Shown: positions 46,781 to 56,453, counted from the stretch's first letter. The stretch: DNA of 64,000 nt from Candidatus Micrarchaeota archaeon (GCA_027365565.1 DAHXMI010000004.1:71142-135141), one strand, 5' to 3'. Numbers and translations are program-made. Notes: generated by a model not told the origin, from the sequence alone.

Positions 46781-47914
46781 TCACATCCTGCTTACCTTCC
46801 TCGCAAGAGGGTCGAACTTGGTGAAGAAGGCGTCCCACGAGTAGTGCTTCTCAATTCTTCTCCTGCCTTCCCTGCCGATGCTCTCCGCGAGCTTGTCGTT
46901 ATCCGCGACAAGCCGCATCTTCTCGGCCATCGCGCGCGGACTGCCCACCAGGAAGCCGGTCTTGCCATCAACTACCGTTTCCCTTGGGCCGCCCTCATTG
47001 ACCGATATCACTGGCTTGTAGCTCGCCATACCCTCTAGAGGCACTATGCCGTAGTCCTCGTTTATCGCTGCGAACAGCACTGCGGTAGATCTCGCATACA
47101 GGTTCCTGAGCTCCTTGTCCGTGGGATTGGGCCTGAACACGACATTCTTAACATTCATACCCTTCAGCTTCTCGTAGTATCTCTTGAAGTCCGCGTACCT
47201 CTCGGACATGCTCCCGGCGAGTATCAGCTTGTAGCCCCTGTACTTCTTCTCCCGGGAAAAGATCGAGAACGCCTCTATCGCGTACTCCTGGCGCTTCTGC
47301 TCAGCTATCCTTGACGGGTAGATGAAGTACTTGCCATCCCCGCCGTCATGGAAATCCTTGTAGTCTATCCCTGGATTTATTATCTCGGCGCTCCTGCCGA
47401 ATATCCTCTTGATGCGGCCGTTCGTCACGCCACTGTTGGTAGCTATGGCCTCTATCTTATCCACTATCCTCTTCTCCATTGTGGAGTATACCCTGCCGAA
47501 GCCCTTGTACATAACCCCTTCGACGAGCGATTTCTTCCTCAGCCCGGAAACCGTCGGATCATAGAGCTCCCTCGGCGGCGTATGGCAGTACCACAGTACT
47601 CTCGGGTTCCTGTTGCGCACCCACTCGCTAGGTGACATGTGAGGGTTAACAACGTCGTAGTCTTCCTTTATCTTCAGGTTGTAGAAGTTGTAGCCGTAAT
47701 GGAGCGCGTTGGCCACCCTTTTGGGGAACAGGCTTCCCGCACGGCCCCTTTTGCCGAACACCCTGATGTCGATGTCGCTGAACTCGTCGAAAGTCCCCTT
47801 CGGGTCGTATCCGAGGGTGTATATCGTGGCGTCGTACTTCTGCGCGATTTTCAGTATGACCCTCTCCGCTCCGCCGCGGTCGTTTATGCTGTGCTGGGTT
47901 ATCGCTAGCTTCAT
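46781..47914 (-). CDS. GT4-family (GT-B) glycosyltransferase
   Basis: The EX7E-type motif is EDYGIVPLEGMASYKPVISVNEGGPRETV. Confidence 0.8.
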   Translation of the reverse strand: MKLAITQHSINDRGGAERVILKIAQKYDATIYTLGYDPKGTFDEFSDIDIRVFGKRGRAGSLFPKRVANALHYGYNFYNLKIKEDYDVVNPHMSPSEWVRNRNPRVLWYCHTPPRELYDPTVSGLRKKSLVEGVMYKGFGRVYSTMEKRIVDKIEAIATNSGVTNGRIKRIFGRSAEIINPGIDYKDFHDGGDGKYFIYPSRIAEQKRQEYAIEAFSIFSREKKYRGYKLILAGSMSERYADFKRYYEKLKGMNVKNVVFRPNPTDKELRNLYARSTAVLFAAINEDYGIVPLEGMASYKPVISVNEGGPRETVVDGKTGFLVGSPRAMAEKMRLVADNDKLAESIGREGRRRIEKHYSWDAFFTKFDPLARKVSRM

Positions 47915-49161
47915 CGGAATACCCTCTTCTGGTACTTATCGAGCTTCGACATTCTCCTCTTATCCACGCCGTTGATGTTGGATATGTTCGCAGGTATGCT
48001 GAACGTCTCGGTTATAGCGGCCTTTCTTGTCAGCTTTGATATCGCATCCTTGTCTCCTTCGACCGCCGCGCGTATGAAGTCGGGTATGTTGATAAGGGAC
48101 TGGTATCCCTTCACCTTTCCGCTGCCCGTGAAGCGCTTCGGCGCTATTACGAGCAACGGCACCTTCACCATCTCGTTGGGTATCATAGTGCCATGGCCTA
48201 TGAACCCGTGCTCGCCGAACAGCTGGCCGTGATCCGATGTCATTATTATTATCTGGTCATCGCCGAACCTCTCCATCAGGTCCCTGATCAGTTCAGTACC
48301 GTACCTCATAGCCCTGCCGGCCGCCTTGGCGTAGAGAGACTTCCACGCCGATATGAGGCTCTCGTTCGGGCCATCCTTCAGGAAGGGCGTAGCCCAGTTG
48401 AAGTCCTTGCCCTTCTTGCCGATGTAGGGGTCGTGGGCCTCCATGAAGTTGACGAAGAGGAAGAACGGCTCTTCCAGCTTCAGGTTCCTTATGGTCTTCA
48501 GCATGTTCTTTCCGCCCTTCTCCACAGGCCAGCCGTCTATCAGCTTCGCCTTGAGCTTCTTGTACGCAGCCCTGGGGGTCAGCTTGCCTGCGCTCAGCGC
48601 AAGCTCGAAGAAGAGGTTGGGGTCCTCCTTCATTATTGCGCGTGTCAGCTTCAGTATGTCATTGCCGTACCTGTTCCTGTACTTCGACACGCGGGGCTTC
48701 AGGTCGTCGGATACCTCTATCACGCTTCCGAATATGTCCGTGAAGTAGGACTCGGCGACATAGGTGTCGAAGCCCTCGAAGCCATAAATGGGGTGTATGT
48801 ACGGGTTCGCGGAGATCCCGTACGTGGAATATCCGCTGCCTTTCAGCTCTTCGGTGATGGTTCTCTTGGTGAGCCTTATGTTGTCTATGTCAAGGGACTT
48901 GACCTTCTTTGTCTCATGGCATCCGTGCTCTGATTGGCTCATCCCGGTGAACAGGGAGGCGTGCGAAGGGAGCGTCCACGATCCTGGCGATATGCACCTG
49001 TTGAACCGAGTGGCATTGAGGCCGCCGATCAGCTTGGGATTCTCGGCGATGAGCCTGTCGAACATGTCCAGCCTCATCGTGTCCAGCACTATTATCGTAA
49101 TGTTAGGAGTCCTGCCCAATCCAGCACCGTATTTTTTTCTCATTACCATTAGCACCGGCAA
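47911..49161 (-). CDS. Sulfatase-like / alkaline-phosphatase-superfamily hydrolase
   Basis: Metal-binding motifs DTMRLD and MTSDHG. SPGSWTLPSHASLFTG. No canonical C/S-x-P-x-R formylglycine motif. Confidence 0.65.
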   Translation of the reverse strand: MPVLMVMRKKYGAGLGRTPNITIIVLDTMRLDMFDRLIAENPKLIGGLNATRFNRCISPGSWTLPSHASLFTGMSQSEHGCHETKKVKSLDIDNIRLTKRTITEELKGSGYSTYGISANPYIHPIYGFEGFDTYVAESYFTDIFGSVIEVSDDLKPRVSKYRNRYGNDILKLTRAIMKEDPNLFFELALSAGKLTPRAAYKKLKAKLIDGWPVEKGGKNMLKTIRNLKLEEPFFLFVNFMEAHDPYIGKKGKDFNWATPFLKDGPNESLISAWKSLYAKAAGRAMRYGTELIRDLMERFGDDQIIIMTSDHGQLFGEHGFIGHGTMIPNEMVKVPLLVIAPKRFTGSGKVKGYQSLINIPDFIRAAVEGDKDAISKLTRKAAITETFSIPANISNINGVDKRRMSKLDKYQKRVFR

Positions 49162-49694
49162 TGCTTAAAACACATGCTCACCGGCACGAAAACGCTTTAA
49201 TATCCGGCATAATAATACCAGTCATGGAGGAGAAGGAGAGAGGGAAGGAGGAGAAGGAGAAGGAAAATGGAAAGGAGACGGTCGTATGCGTATCAGGCTA
49301 CTTCGACCCGATACACAGGGGCCACATCGAATATCTGAGGATGGCATCCGACCTCGGCGACAGGCTTATTGCCATACTGAACAATGACAAGCAGGCGATT
49401 GCGAAGAAGGGATTCGTCTTCATGCCGATGGATGACAAGATTGCAGTGCTCAAGGCGATAAGGTATGTGGATGAAGTTGTCGTGAGCATCGATGAGGACC
49501 AGACGCAGTGCAGGACCCTCGAGATGCTGAAGCCCGACATATTCGCGAAGGGCGGAGACAGGTACGCATACGAGATCCCGGAAGCGGAAGTGTGCAGGAG
49601 GTTAGGAATAAGGATAATAGACGGATTGGGACCAAAGATTCAGAGCAGCAGCGAACTGGTGAAGAAAGCCGCTGAAAGCAAGAAGAATGGTTAG
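49161..49694 (+). CDS. Cytidylyltransferase-family nucleotidyltransferase (TagD/RfaE-II/RibL-like)
   Basis: HxGH motif VSGYFDPIHRGHIEYL. Lys/Glu-rich N-terminal segment. The start is uncertain (Met1 or Met22). Confidence 0.6.
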   Translation: MLKTHAHRHENALISGIIIPVMEEKERGKEEKEKENGKETVVCVSGYFDPIHRGHIEYLRMASDLGDRLIAILNNDKQAIAKKGFVFMPMDDKIAVLKAIRYVDEVVVSIDEDQTQCRTLEMLKPDIFAKGGDRYAYEIPEAEVCRRLGIRIIDGLGPKIQSSSELVKKAAESKKNG

Positions 49695-49876
49695 GTATGA
49701 GATATGATTAGTCTCTATAAACCCTTCTTAGTCACAGGTTCTTGAAAAATGGGAATGGGTAAAAAAGTGCGCCGCAATACATAAGGAATACTTCCCCTCT
49801 CCGTATATATTTCTTGTCGGGTTGCTCAAATGTTATATTTTCAATGCTTTTGACGCCAATGTTTATTGCACTCCCG

Positions 49877-50917
49877 TCAACTTATTCCCACTTCGATATT
49901 TTGCAAGATACTATTGAACGTCTGCTGCGTGCATAGAGGCCCTGAGCAACTTACTATAGCTAGGAAATTGGACTGCTGTACCATAGTAGTGTAAGAGTTA
50001 GGATTCACTGTCAAGTCTTCAATATACTGAAGATTTGCCACAGAACCTGATTGCTGCGCATGTGGTGCTTGATTCGCAAGTATGATGCTAGCCTGTGGCG
50101 TTTCTACCACCAACTCTGTGAAGTTAGATGCGTATGTGCGGTTGTAGTATGTTATGTAATATGAGTATGCCACATTAGTGTTCTGAAATGTGAAGTTGAA
50201 CAGTAAAGTCTGGATAGGTGTTGGAAATAGCAAGTTAAGCGACCCTATTGGTAACTCACCTGCGTTGAGTGCAGACTCGCTGTATGTGCCACTACCGTAT
50301 ACACTCTGTAGCTGCTGCTGCGTCAAATACGGCTTGTTGAGATTTATTGTGTTGCTGGATGGAGGAGTATAGTAGTTTGAGTTGGCAAGGACAATGTATA
50401 TTGCCCATATTATGAACAGGAATGCAATAGAGCCACTTATTGCCTTTGTCATGCCTTTCTGCTTGAAGCTTACTTGTCTCAACGATGCTCCAAGTACCAA
50501 GCCAACTAGTATCAAGATGAAGGCCGCTAACACGAGCAGGACATTGAATGTAAGGCTTGCAAGTAATATGAACACCAGCAACACTGAGATAATGTTCTCA
50601 ACTGCCCATACTCTATGTGATGTAACGAAATCATATATGGAGAACAGAATGAATAGCACGATGAAGCTGCCTAGGAACAGCGGAGAACTGAACGCTGTTA
50701 CCAGCCCTATGTTGGTTATTGCATTGAACAACTTGATAGAAGGTAGTGTCAGAATAAACAGGACTACTGTCATTATTACTGCTTTTATGAGCAACTTCGG
50801 CAGTGCAGTCTTTAGTATACTACTTACTGCCTGGTTCTGTTGTGCTTGCTGTACTTTGTTATATTGAGGTGGCACGCGGTATCCACGCCGTCTATAGTAT
50901 CTGTGTCTTCTTGGCAT
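49877..50917 (-). CDS. Membrane protein with Arg-rich N-terminus, 4 TM helices and an Asn/Thr/Tyr-rich extracellular domain
   Basis: MPRRHRYYRRRGYR. TM block. Multiple NxT/S sequons. About 42% GC. Confidence 0.4.
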   Translation of the reverse strand: MPRRHRYYRRRGYRVPPQYNKVQQAQQNQAVSSILKTALPKLLIKAVIMTVVLFILTLPSIKLFNAITNIGLVTAFSSPLFLGSFIVLFILFSIYDFVTSHRVWAVENIISVLLVFILLASLTFNVLLVLAAFILILVGLVLGASLRQVSFKQKGMTKAISGSIAFLFIIWAIYIVLANSNYYTPPSSNTINLNKPYLTQQQLQSVYGSGTYSESALNAGELPIGSLNLLFPTPIQTLLFNFTFQNTNVAYSYYITYYNRTYASNFTELVVETPQASIILANQAPHAQQSGSVANLQYIEDLTVNPNSYTTMVQQSNFLAIVSCSGPLCTQQTFNSILQNIEVGIS

Positions 50918-51017
50918 ATGAAAGTATACTTTAGCAAGATTTTTATATATTTATTAAATGTAATTTATTCAGTAGAGTATTAGAAAATTTATATTTCACT
51001 TCTTTGTAAACAGGATT

Positions 51018-51031
51018 TGGACTCGGTGGGA
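51018..51031 (+). repeat. Direct repeat of the tRNA-Ala 3' end (TGGACTCGGtGGGA versus TGGACTCGGcGGGA at 53296..53309): candidate attachment-site copy
   Basis: 14-nt match with one mismatch. It lies 2.26 kb from the tRNA, and the sequence between is about 30% GC. Confidence 0.5.
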
Positions 51032-51183
51032 ACTACGCCAGCACAGTAAGTAAAAACCAGAGATAAAGTAATAGGCGCACACCGTACAGTTGATTTTTAG
51101 TCACCCGTAAAGGCTTATAAAGTAAGAAGGTTCAAGTTACATAAATTTAAAGTATTTTGTTTCTATATTTATAGGATGATAAA

Positions 51184-51543
51184 ATGGTTGAAAAGGTACA
51201 GGATATTAAAGCGCCTAAATTTAATAAAACACGTGTCTATTATACGAAATCGCCAGATTATGATACAATATATGCCGATGCTGCAATGATTGCACTTAAT
51301 GAAGATGGTGTTGATTCGTTAAAGATGGATTTTTGGGTATCACATGCTGATTTATATGATGAGATTTGGCATAATAAACCAGAAGATATACCAGAAATAG
51401 AAGTAGGAGAGGTACAATCAATAAATAGAGAGATTAAAGTTAGAATTGCAATGTCGGTAGCAAATGCAAAAAGATTTTATACTGTTCTTGGTACATTTTT
51501 AAATAATAATGAAAATAAAAAGGAGGATAAAAAGAGGGATTGA
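51184..51543 (+). CDS. Hypothetical protein (element cargo)
   Basis: 119-aa ORF whose stop overlaps the next start. Confidence 0.35.
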   Translation: MVEKVQDIKAPKFNKTRVYYTKSPDYDTIYADAAMIALNEDGVDSLKMDFWVSHADLYDEIWHNKPEDIPEIEVGEVQSINREIKVRIAMSVANAKRFYTVLGTFLNNNENKKEDKKRD

Positions 51544-51833
51544 TTTTTATGTATTTGTATGGAAATAAAACTTTTATTCAACCGCAGGGTTTTGGGATAC
51601 AAAAACCTTTCGAAGTCAATAGACCAAAATTTCAATTAACGTCAAAACTGAAGTCAACTGAGGTGAATCCCCTCGTAGAGAAAAATCCAGTAATTGTTAG
51701 TAATGGAGAAATTTTGTTCAATGAAAATAAGTTGATAATTAATGAGTACTATGGATTTGAATATCAGGATAAAAAGTATGTTCTCCACAAATCAGATAAA
51801 AAGACTATTGAGTTATATGAGGTAATTGAATAA
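51540..51833 (+). CDS. Hypothetical protein (element cargo)
   Basis: 97-aa ORF coupled to the upstream ORF. Confidence 0.3.
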   Translation: MIFMYLYGNKTFIQPQGFGIQKPFEVNRPKFQLTSKLKSTEVNPLVEKNPVIVSNGEILFNENKLIINEYYGFEYQDKKYVLHKSDKKTIELYEVIE

Positions 51834-52093
51834 CTACTAATCCCTTAGTAAATGTTGATATAGAATCACCTATACGGAAAGAATATAAGCGATTGGAACT
51901 CGTCTATCGTATAGAAACGGAAGAGTTTGTAGTTTGCCACCCAAAAGAAGTAAGGAAGAAGAAATTATTTTGGGAAGAAATTTGGCTTGTACATTTAAAG
52001 GAAGACGATAGTTGGAGAATTAAAAAATTAGATAAATAATTTATATATTATGCACGACCTCGCTTCGTTTCTTTGGTCTGGTTACTTATTTAC

Positions 52094-52903
52094 TTAACTC
52101 TTAGTTTTGGTACTCTTTTTAGAGAGTTTGGCAGTATTTAAAAAGCGGATATATTTTATGTTTTGCCATTCTATATTACATAGGCCTGTCTTATTTTCCA
52201 ATAGCAGGTACTCTCCAATACCCACTAATTTTCCATAAAGTTTAGATGAAGCATTTATTTCTAAGTAAATATTATTTATCCGCTTTTTATGGAATAATTC
52301 ATTTTCTAAAAACTTTGGATCGGGTAAAGTTATAAACAAGGTCAAAGAGAGAAATGAAGCTAAAATTAATAATTCAATTATTGATGTTGAGGGGTAGACT
52401 ATCGAACCTATAATAAGAGTTACAATAACTGCACTTATTAGATAAACATGTGATTTAGCTAATTGATAGGTTAACTTTGTGTGATGTTTTACCATACCGT
52501 CTGATGAAATAAATATTTGAATCGCTGATATAAATAGAGATGATTCAAGTACTAAAAGTACAAATATTTGTGCTGTGCTATCAATTGAGATTATAGTTGA
52601 TATGGAAACAATTAATATTGAAACTACTGCAATAACCAGCTTTACATTGCTTAATCTTAAACTGTCATAAAAATTTGAAAATATTTTAACATTAAATGCT
52701 AATCGTTCATATGTGTGATACCTTGCATGTTCTTTTGCTTGTACGCTCAAAAGGTATGCACCAAAAATAGGAGACATTGCTGTAGAGATGAGTGTAATAA
52801 AATCTGAAATTTGTGGAGTAAACTCCGAAAAGAAAGTAGAAAGAAAGTGTGTAGAGGGAAGAGTAATAATTATAGTAAATATCGCGCCTTGTTGGATTAA
52901 CAT
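52094..52903 (-). CDS. Hypothetical polytopic membrane protein (element cargo)
   Basis: 269 aa with about 7 TM helices. AT-rich codon usage. Confidence 0.35.
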   Translation of the reverse strand: MLIQQGAIFTIIITLPSTHFLSTFFSEFTPQISDFITLISTAMSPIFGAYLLSVQAKEHARYHTYERLAFNVKIFSNFYDSLRLSNVKLVIAVVSILIVSISTIISIDSTAQIFVLLVLESSLFISAIQIFISSDGMVKHHTKLTYQLAKSHVYLISAVIVTLIIGSIVYPSTSIIELLILASFLSLTLFITLPDPKFLENELFHKKRINNIYLEINASSKLYGKLVGIGEYLLLENKTGLCNIEWQNIKYIRFLNTAKLSKKSTKTKS

Positions 52904-52907
52904 AGTA

Positions 52908-53192
52908 TTACCTAAGTTTCAGTAGATAATATATGAGAAAGATAATCGTCGTGATGATTAAAGGTAATAATATTAAAACTGTGCGTAAAACAAAAAGACT
53001 TGATATATTTAGATTTAGTAATACAGTTATCTCGAACGTTGCAGTAAAAATTACTATAATCTCGAACAGAAAAATTACTATTTTGTTTACCATTATATTC
53101 CCTGTTAAGTTAAAATATCTTAGATAATATTGATGCGTAAATTTTTTACTCTTTCCTTTTATTTTCTTATTTGAACAATCTAAGAATTCCAA
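52908..53192 (-). CDS. Hypothetical small membrane protein (element cargo)
   Basis: 94 aa with two TM helices. It sits 4 nt upstream of the next ORF. Confidence 0.3.
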   Translation of the reverse strand: MEFLDCSNKKIKGKSKKFTHQYYLRYFNLTGNIMVNKIVIFLFEIIVIFTATFEITVLLNLNISSLFVLRTVLILLPLIITTIIFLIYYLLKLR

Positions 53193-53295
53193 GGGTAGAA
53201 GTAAAGCCTAAAGCTACCAGAAAGTGAACCTACTCCGCTTTTTATACTACTCCACGATATTAAACTTGATATTATGGGAGCGTTCGAGAAAACTG

Positions 53296-53367
53296 TGGAC
53301 TCGGCGGGATTCGAACCCGCGACCCCCCGCTTGCAAAGCGGGTGCACTACCCCTGTGCTACGAGCCC
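53296..53367 (-). tRNA. tRNA-Ala (anticodon UGC) with G3:U70 identity pair
   Basis: Acceptor GGGCTCG/CGAGTCC. D-arm GCAC-AGGGGTA-GTGC. Anticodon stem CCCGC/GCGGG with loop TTTGCAA. T-arm GCGGG-TTCGAAT-CCCGC. Discriminator A. Confidence 0.9.
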
Positions 53368-53388
53368 AAGTACAAGAGAGATTCTACG

Positions 53389-53405
53389 CTTAATTATAAA
53401 TAATC
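53389..53405 (-). promoter_or_regulatory. TATA box (TTTATAATTAAG on the minus strand) about 30 nt upstream of tRNA-Ala
   Basis: A/T box at the canonical distance. Confidence 0.5.
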
Positions 53406-53460
53406 GCTGATTTGTCGATGGCGTGCGCGGTGCGCACTGCGAGCAAGGGATATGATTAGG

Positions 53461-53862
53461 TTACCTTCGCTTCTTGCCATTCGCGGACTTGCCTTTTTTG
53501 TTTTTGCCGCCTACAGCCTTCGTGCTGCTCTTGATCGCGTGTATGTGCTGCTTTATCCTCGGCTTCTGGCCGTTCCTCGAAAGGCTTACCTTCCTTTTCT
53601 TGTCTATCCTCTCGCCCTTCTCTATCTTGCTGCTCTTCTCCACGTACTCAAGCTCCTTCCTCTCGTTCGGCGAGGCACCCTTGCTGACCAGCTTAGCCAT
53701 CATTGTCTCGAACAGCTCATCATCCGCCGGATCCTGGTCCCCCCTGGACGTGCTGTAGAGCAGCGCGTTCTCGGCTTCGCTCCTCTGTATTATGTCGCTG
53801 ACGGACTTGAACCTCTTCAGCTTCTCCAGCTCCTCCTGCAACTTCTTGCTGTTCTTTGCCAT
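53461..53862 (-). CDS. Highly basic Lys-rich protein of unknown function (possible nucleic-acid-binding)
   Basis: 133 aa. It has an N-terminal coiled segment and a C-terminal KKRKVSLSRNGQKPRIKQH...GKNKKGKSANGKKRR tail. Confidence 0.4.
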   Translation of the reverse strand: MAKNSKKLQEELEKLKRFKSVSDIIQRSEAENALLYSTSRGDQDPADDELFETMMAKLVSKGASPNERKELEYVEKSSKIEKGERIDKKRKVSLSRNGQKPRIKQHIHAIKSSTKAVGGKNKKGKSANGKKRR

Positions 53863-53995
53863 CTATTCCCCCTCCCCTTTGTACAGATTTCATATGAATA
53901 GAAGCGACATATATAAATTATATTGCCCCGCATACGTCATTCGGCGAACAAGATTGCATCCGAACCCTCAGAGCAGGGATAGTGTGGTTGGGAAG

Positions 53996-55309
53996 TCACA
54001 GGGTGTGGGTGCTCCCTATGCTCGGAACCGTCGCCTTGTACTTCTTAGAGATGTCCTCCCTGAACTGCTCGGACTTGACCTTCTCGCCATGCACCACGAA
54101 CACGTTCCTCAGCCCCTTGACCTTCGTGAGAAGGCTGAGCAGCTGCGGCCTGTCCGCGTGCGCAGACAGGTGGTATGTCTCCACCTTCAGCTTTACCGTG
54201 ACCTTCTTATCGTCTATCTCAACCTCTTTGGCCCCTCCCTGCAGCTCACTGCCCAGGGTGCCCTTCGCCTGATAGCCGACCATTATCAGCTTGTTGAGCG
54301 GGTTTTTCGAGAGATGTGTCAGATACTCGAGCACAGGCCCTCCAGAGAGCATGCCGCTCGTGGTCACTATTATCTTCGGCGTGCCATCCCTGATGACCTT
54401 CATTCTCATGGCCTTCTTGTCTACCGGCCTGTAGTTGCTGCTTTTGAACGGGTCATACTCGCTCACGAGGATCTTCATCTGCAGCTCCTTCCTGCAGCTT
54501 AGTATGTTGTGCCTGTGTATCCTCATTATCTTGTTTATCATACCGTCTATGTATATCGGCACCTTCGGTATCTTGCCGGAGTTCATGTAGTCGTCCAGTA
54601 TGAGCAGCACCTCCTGCGCCCTCCCTACCGCAAAGCTTGGCACGATCACGGTGCCGTTCTGCAGTATCGTGTCCCTTATGCTGTCCACCATCTTCTTTAT
54701 AGTGGAATTCTCAGGCGGGAACTTGTCCTCCCTGCCGGCATAAGTGCTCTCGGTTATCAGGGTATCCGCCTTCAGGGTTCTCGTATCCGCGCCCTCCATG
54801 AGCCTGGTCGACGCCAGGTTAATGTCGCCCGTGTAGAGCAGCGTGTGCTTCCCGTCGCTCACGCTTATCAGCGCGGAGCCCAGTATGTGCCCTGCGGGTA
54901 TGAACTTTATCGTGAGGTCCTTCAGCTTTATCGCCTTCATGTAATCCGCCACGACATAGTTCCTCATCAGCCTCTTGAGGCCCTCCTTCGTGACGTTCTT
55001 CGGCTCGGCGAGGCGCATGTAGTCGCTTATCATGACGTTGACGATCTCCATAGTCGCCTGCGTCGCGAACACCTTGCGGTCGTATCCCGCGCTGTAGATG
55101 TGCGGCAGGTAGCCGCAGTGGTCCATGTGCGCATGGGATATGAATATCCCGTCAAGGGACTTCAGCTCCGCATCCGGTATTGTCGGATACGGGTTCTCTT
55201 CTTCCTTTACCTTTATGCCAGCATCGAGAAGTATCTTGGCCTGATCTGAAATTATCATTATGCAGCTCCTGCCTACCTCTTCCTGGCCTCCGTAAAATTT
55301 TATCTTCAA
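53996..55309 (-). CDS. Beta-CASP metallo-beta-lactamase ribonuclease (archaeal CPSF-like, aCPSF2-type without KH domains); TTG start
   Basis: HAHMDHCG motif, beta-CASP motifs, C-terminal His. The N-terminus MKIKFYGGQEEVGRSC is typical. The start codon on the minus strand is TTG (no in-frame ATG upstream before a stop). Confidence 0.8.
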   Translation of the reverse strand: MKIKFYGGQEEVGRSCIMIISDQAKILLDAGIKVKEEENPYPTIPDAELKSLDGIFISHAHMDHCGYLPHIYSAGYDRKVFATQATMEIVNVMISDYMRLAEPKNVTKEGLKRLMRNYVVADYMKAIKLKDLTIKFIPAGHILGSALISVSDGKHTLLYTGDINLASTRLMEGADTRTLKADTLITESTYAGREDKFPPENSTIKKMVDSIRDTILQNGTVIVPSFAVGRAQEVLLILDDYMNSGKIPKVPIYIDGMINKIMRIHRHNILSCRKELQMKILVSEYDPFKSSNYRPVDKKAMRMKVIRDGTPKIIVTTSGMLSGGPVLEYLTHLSKNPLNKLIMVGYQAKGTLGSELQGGAKEVEIDDKKVTVKLKVETYHLSAHADRPQLLSLLTKVKGLRNVFVVHGEKVKSEQFREDISKKYKATVPSIGSTHTL

Positions 55310-55591
55310 TTTAACACCTTTTATTTTTCAATTCTTTTCTTTTTTGTTTGTTTTTAGATTTGTATTCTGTATTTCTGTCGTATGTTTTTGTTGTATTCTT
55401 GTATTCCATATACTGTTCTATGTTCTGTTTTTCTCGCATGCGCGCCCCTCATTCGGTACGTGCGTGCCTGTCTTTCTGGTCGCCTGCTGAGCTTCGCCTT
55501 TCCCATACATGTGTGGGGCTTTTAAAATCCCTTGCGGTGCCGCAGTGCAAAGCGCTTCGCAAAAAGTAGACTGTCCTGGCGCTCACGCGCG

Positions 55592-56263
55592 TCAGGAGCT
55601 CTTCTTCTTCTTTATTACCGCTATGTCCTCGAAGTTTATCTCGGCCTGCTGCTGTTCCTTGAACGGCTGCCTCTTCTCCCTCGGTTCGCGCCTCTCGTAC
55701 TTCTCGCCCGGCTCCCTGCGCTTGCCGCGTTCTATGCCCAGCAGCTTCCTGAGCGCGTTGTACTTCTCGTCAAGCTTGGAGTCTATCTCGGTTATCTTCT
55801 TGGTGGCGCCATCTATCTCTTCCGTGTACCTCTTTATGTCGCCCTCCACGAACTCGATCTTCTTCTCGAACCTGACGCTCTTGTAAAGCTCCCTGAGCTT
55901 TGAGTTGACGTCGGCTATCTCCTTGATGAATTTCTTCTCCTCGTTGAGCGACCTAGCTTCTGTCGATACCCTGAATTCGAGGCTGTTCTTTATCCTCTTC
56001 ATCTTGCCTATCTGCCTCCTCTGTTCGGTAGTATCCGTCTTGTTCTGCTCCATGGTTCGCTTTACGTCTTCGCGCTCGTGCTCCTTGTACGCGAGCCTTT
56101 TCCTCGCAATCTTTACCTTTATTATCGCCTCTATCCTCTCCTTCTTCAGGGCATCTATCTCCTCCTTGAGCTTGGCCGCCTCAGGGTTGCCCGATTCTGC
56201 GACAAGCCTGGCCATGACATCTTCGCCCCTGGGCTTCTGGTGCTGCTGGGCCTGGCCCTCCAC
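55592..56263 (-). CDS. Charged coiled-coil protein of unknown function
   Basis: 223 aa. It is K/E/R-rich and heptad-like throughout. Confidence 0.4.
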   Translation of the reverse strand: MEGQAQQHQKPRGEDVMARLVAESGNPEAAKLKEEIDALKKERIEAIIKVKIARKRLAYKEHEREDVKRTMEQNKTDTTEQRRQIGKMKRIKNSLEFRVSTEARSLNEEKKFIKEIADVNSKLRELYKSVRFEKKIEFVEGDIKRYTEEIDGATKKITEIDSKLDEKYNALRKLLGIERGKRREPGEKYERREPREKRQPFKEQQQAEINFEDIAVIKKKKSS

Positions 56264-56453
56264 CTTCCTGCCCCTGCCTTCGGCAGAGTGCTGCTGCTCA
56301 TGCGTCGCAGCCGCTGGTATGGGCTGCGCATGCGGTACTTCGGTCGCCTTTGCTGCAGGCTCCTTGACGCCTTTTTCTGCTGTAGACTCTACTGGGTCTG
56401 ATTCAACCAGACAATCGCCTTTGCTTTTACTGCTTACTCTGTCTTTTGATTAT

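Larger units (their letters stand above)
51032..53295. mobile_element. AT-rich (about 30% GC) integrated element or remnant inserted at the 3' end of tRNA-Ala, bounded by the 14-nt direct repeat; no integrase gene present
   Basis: It shows a sharp composition shift and a direct repeat of the tRNA 3' end. It holds four small ORFs, two of them polytopic membrane proteins. Confidence 0.5.

Noticed and set aside
32373-49161. Radical SAM enzyme as an anaerobic sulfatase-maturating enzyme for the sulfatase-like gene at 47911..49161
   Set aside because: The two genes are 14 kb apart in different GC contexts. The radical SAM protein has a twitch-like single auxiliary motif rather than the full 7-Cys SPASM of anSMEs. 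The hydrolase lacks the C/S-x-P-x-R target motif.
51010-51045. tRNA fragment or pseudo-tRNA at the left end of the tRNA-Ala-linked element
   Set aside because: Only the 14-nt 3'-end match is present. No T-arm or acceptor pairing can be built, so I treat it as an attachment-site core copy, not a tRNA remnant.
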